From: a virus
Lineage: Duplodnaviria > Caudoviricetes
DNA: 25,752 nt
Direction: 5' to 3' (one strand)
Virus record (IMG/VR): IMGVR_UViG_3300031608_000040
Span: 1-25,752 of that record
Position numbers and translations under genes: made by a program. This document shows, piece by piece, positions 23,276 to 25,752 of the stretch; position 1 is the stretch's first letter, and each line of letters starts with the position of its first letter. The notes beneath the pieces are model-generated. The model saw only the letters and a program-made list of their open reading frames with translations, did no database searches and was not told where the DNA came from.

Positions 23276-24394
23276 ATGGCATACTATTGGGGAGATGATC
23301 CACGATTTTTCTTAGGAAGAGTTGTCAGTAATAGTGATTTATCTCAAATGGGCAGATACCAAATTCGAATCTTTGGCATTCATGATAATGAAGCTGATAT
23401 TCCTAATGAGGATTTACCTTGGGCTCAAGTGGTAATACCAACTACTGAGCAAGGTATTGGTGGTGTAGGAGCTAATCCGCAGATATCACAGAACGCGATG
23501 GTTTATGGAATGTTTTTAGATGGAAAGCTTTCTCAAGTACCGCTAATTATAGGATCTATTACAACCATACAAGCGCCATCAAGTGTACAAACAATGGATC
23601 CATCTTTAAGGGCAAATGGATCTGTTAACAGATATGGCGGTGTTGCAGGATCTTATGTAAAAGAAATATCTGCACAAGGCGAATCTGATTTTTTAGGCCC
23701 GCAAGAAGTAACGCCGGACGGCGAGACTATCATTACTGATGCAAAAAATATGGTCGGATCAAACACTGAAGAAAAAATATATAATGCATTATTATCAGGT
23801 GGCTTAAGTGCATCGGCAGTTTGTGGTTTAATGGGAAACTTTGCATATGAATCTGGACCTGCCGCTAGTTCAAAAACGACATGGCCTCCCAATCCAAATG
23901 GTAAAAACTTCATAAAAGGTGGTCCTTGGAATTTAGCAATTAATCCATCAGATAGAGGTATGCCAGCATTTGGCCTTGCTCAGTGGAGAAATGATAGATG
24001 GCAGTCAGATAATCATCCTGGAAAGGGAATAGTGCCATGGGCTGAATCTAACGGATTAAGTTGGCGCGCGCTATCTACTCAATGCAGATGGGTGATATAT
24101 GAATTAAGTGTTGGAGAAAGTGGCGCTGGGGCTAAATTAAGAGAGGCTACAAATCCAGCTGACGCAGCATATATTGTATGTAGATATTACGAGAGGCCGC
24201 AAAACGGAAAATATAATTGGGGAGGCAAAGCGCCAAGTCCTCTTATGAGATCGACAAATACTTCGTATTGTACAGCTTTAGGCGGTGCAAAGCCTTATAA
24301 AAAATCAAGAAGTCTAGAAGAAAGAATAAAGGCAGCAAATGGATATTGGAATAGATACGTTGTTGGTACTTCAACAAGTGGGGGAGCTGGATAA
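23276..24394 (+). CDS. gp5: gp5 N-terminal OB domain fused to a phage tail lysozyme (Phage_lysozyme2-like)
   Basis: GRV....D..Q.GR.QIRIFGIH...IP..DLPWA.V..P, V.G.FLDG...Q.P.I.G; then GLMGNFAYESG, GLAQW...R, YERP. Confidence 0.85.
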   Translation: MAYYWGDDPRFFLGRVVSNSDLSQMGRYQIRIFGIHDNEADIPNEDLPWAQVVIPTTEQGIGGVGANPQISQNAMVYGMFLDGKLSQVPLIIGSITTIQAPSSVQTMDPSLRANGSVNRYGGVAGSYVKEISAQGESDFLGPQEVTPDGETIITDAKNMVGSNTEEKIYNALLSGGLSASAVCGLMGNFAYESGPAASSKTTWPPNPNGKNFIKGGPWNLAINPSDRGMPAFGLAQWRNDRWQSDNHPGKGIVPWAESNGLSWRALSTQCRWVIYELSVGESGAGAKLREATNPADAAYIVCRYYERPQNGKYNWGGKAPSPLMRSTNTSYCTALGGAKPYKKSRSLEERIKAANGYWNRYVVGTSTSGGAG

Positions 24395-25752
24395 ATGAAT
24401 CTTACTGATTTAAATAACAAATTAAGTTCTATTAATAAAGTTGTAGACTATAAAAAATTAAAGAATACTTTATCAGATGCTGCGGATTTATCAAAATCTT
24501 TAACAGCAAATGATTTTGCTTCAATTCTTCCTGGAGCCTCTATTAACGGAATTAAGTCATTATCAGATGCAATACCAGTCAAAGATACTATTGCAAATTT
24601 TCCATTACCACAAATTGTTACACTAACCCCCGAGATGCCAGGACTTAGAGATAAGATGGTTAAAGCATTGACCGATGATGAGAAAGAGATTTTAGGGCAG
24701 ATGGGTGGTCCAGTTTTTATTAATCCAGTCACTGGCGCAACCGTTACGCCAAAAACGTTAAATACAACATTAGTAAATGGCGTAAAAAAAGCAAATATAT
24801 TAGCAGCAAGTCCAGCGTCAATACAATCTAATATTAAAAGTATTACAGCTGAATTGCCAGATTTTGACGGCATTATGAAAGATTTAATTCCTTTAGATTT
24901 ACAAGGCATCGCGCAAGGAGCATTAGGATCGGTTGCAAATTTAGAATCTGTTGCTAAAGAACTAGGTGCAGACTTAACAAAATCGGTCACGTCATTAACT
25001 GATATTCCAAAGCAATTAAAAACAATAGCAAAAGGTGGTGTAGGAGGTTTAGCTAGTGTTTTTATTGGTGATGTGGATAAAGCATTAAGTAACGCTTCAT
25101 CGGCTTTTGGTTCATCGATTGAAATTGATAACGTATCTAATCTAGGACTTTTGCAAGACGCTAAATTATCTGTTGAAAATCATTTAGAACAAAGTGTCAA
25201 CTCAGTCACTGGTAATTTATTAAATACTTCACAAAAAGCTAGTGTTATACAGAATCTAAAGTTACAAAAATTTGATACTGCTATTAACGAAATACAAAAA
25301 ATAGCATCTTTAAAAACAGGACTAACAAATGCTGCGGATGCTACGCAAGAAGCATTAGGTATAAGTCAGGACAGACTTGAAACATTAATCCAATCGCAGA
25401 CTTGCGATTTGTCTTCTAATATTTCTTTTAATGATGTAGCTGCCTCGGCAACCGCTGCTACATCTTACATTTCAGAAATAGGTAATCACGCAGTATCGTG
25501 GAATGGTGCTAATACTGCTGTCTCGACAAACTATGCTATAAATATCACTGATGGTGATTACCAGTTTGCAAGAGTTATTACTCTTGAAGAATTAGTCGCT
25601 GAATTTAATAGTGTTAAAAGGGAAGTAACTGAAGTAGTTGTACATTGGACTGAGCATTTCTTAGATCAGCCACACGCTGGTGCTAGAGAGGTTCATGCAA
25701 TCGCTAATGATATGAATTTAGAAGGATGCAACTATCACTATATTATAAAAAA
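24395..25752 (+). CDS. large structural protein with the start of an N-acetylmuramoyl-L-alanine amidase (Amidase_2) domain; runs off the window
   Basis: Frame open for 452 codons from ATG 24395; ends EVVVHWT...GCNYHYIIK, resembling T7-lysozyme-like V.H.T / YH..I motifs. Confidence 0.75.
   Translation, partial: MNLTDLNNKLSSINKVVDYKKLKNTLSDAADLSKSLTANDFASILPGASINGIKSLSDAIPVKDTIANFPLPQIVTLTPEMPGLRDKMVKALTDDEKEILGQMGGPVFINPVTGATVTPKTLNTTLVNGVKKANILAASPASIQSNIKSITAELPDFDGIMKDLIPLDLQGIAQGALGSVANLESVAKELGADLTKSVTSLTDIPKQLKTIAKGGVGGLASVFIGDVDKALSNASSAFGSSIEIDNVSNLGLLQDAKLSVENHLEQSVNSVTGNLLNTSQKASVIQNLKLQKFDTAINEIQKIASLKTGLTNAADATQEALGISQDRLETLIQSQTCDLSSNISFNDVAASATAATSYISEIGNHAVSWNGANTAVSTNYAINITDGDYQFARVITLEELVAEFNSVKREVTEVVVHWTEHFLDQPHAGAREVHAIANDMNLEGCNYHYIIK

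Noticed and set aside
23653-24990. Minus-strand ORFs of 86 and 180 aa
   Set aside because: Antisense to gp5 and to the long plus-strand ORF starting at 24395
25537-25544. TATAAATA inside the last ORF just before the amidase domain
   Set aside because: No in-frame start codon with an RBS before the amidase motifs; may be chance or serve genes outside the window
1-25752. Stop-codon reassignment
   Set aside because: Core genes are full-length in the standard code; TAG, TGA and TAA all end genes at tight junctions; no suppressor tRNA

Overview
AT-rich segment of a T4-like myophage genome, probably a marine phage of a heterotrophic proteobacterium (the host is inferred, not shown). 1-4.1 kb: three tRNA genes and metabolic accessory genes (short class-1 dihydroorotate dehydrogenase, anticodon-domain-less AsnRS/AspRS-family catalytic domain, class-3 lipase). 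4.1-12.9 kb: dense small-ORF region driven by seven sigma70-type promoters with a T(G/T)TAC(A/T)-17bp-TAnnnn signature. 12.9-14.6 kb: gp33 and gp32. 14.6-25.7 kb: tail/baseplate block (tape-measure-like gene, gp51, gp26, gp54-like, gp2, gp4 on minus; gp48, gp53, hub, split gp5 with a tail lysozyme, and a partial amidase-bearing ORF on plus). Three observations stand out. (1) A 109-nt tRNA-Asn(GUU) with a Leu-type D-arm, a 38-nt variable arm and U37 sits 6 nt behind the anticodon-blind AsnRS-like gene under a T4 late promoter, a candidate dedicated synthetase/tRNA pair. (2) A U-UUU-UUU slippery site at the end of gp26 would fuse it by -1 frameshift to the gp51 frame just before the tape-measure gene, like lambda G/GT. 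(3) An early gene is almost devoid of guanine. All family assignments come from motif recognition and synteny, without database searches.
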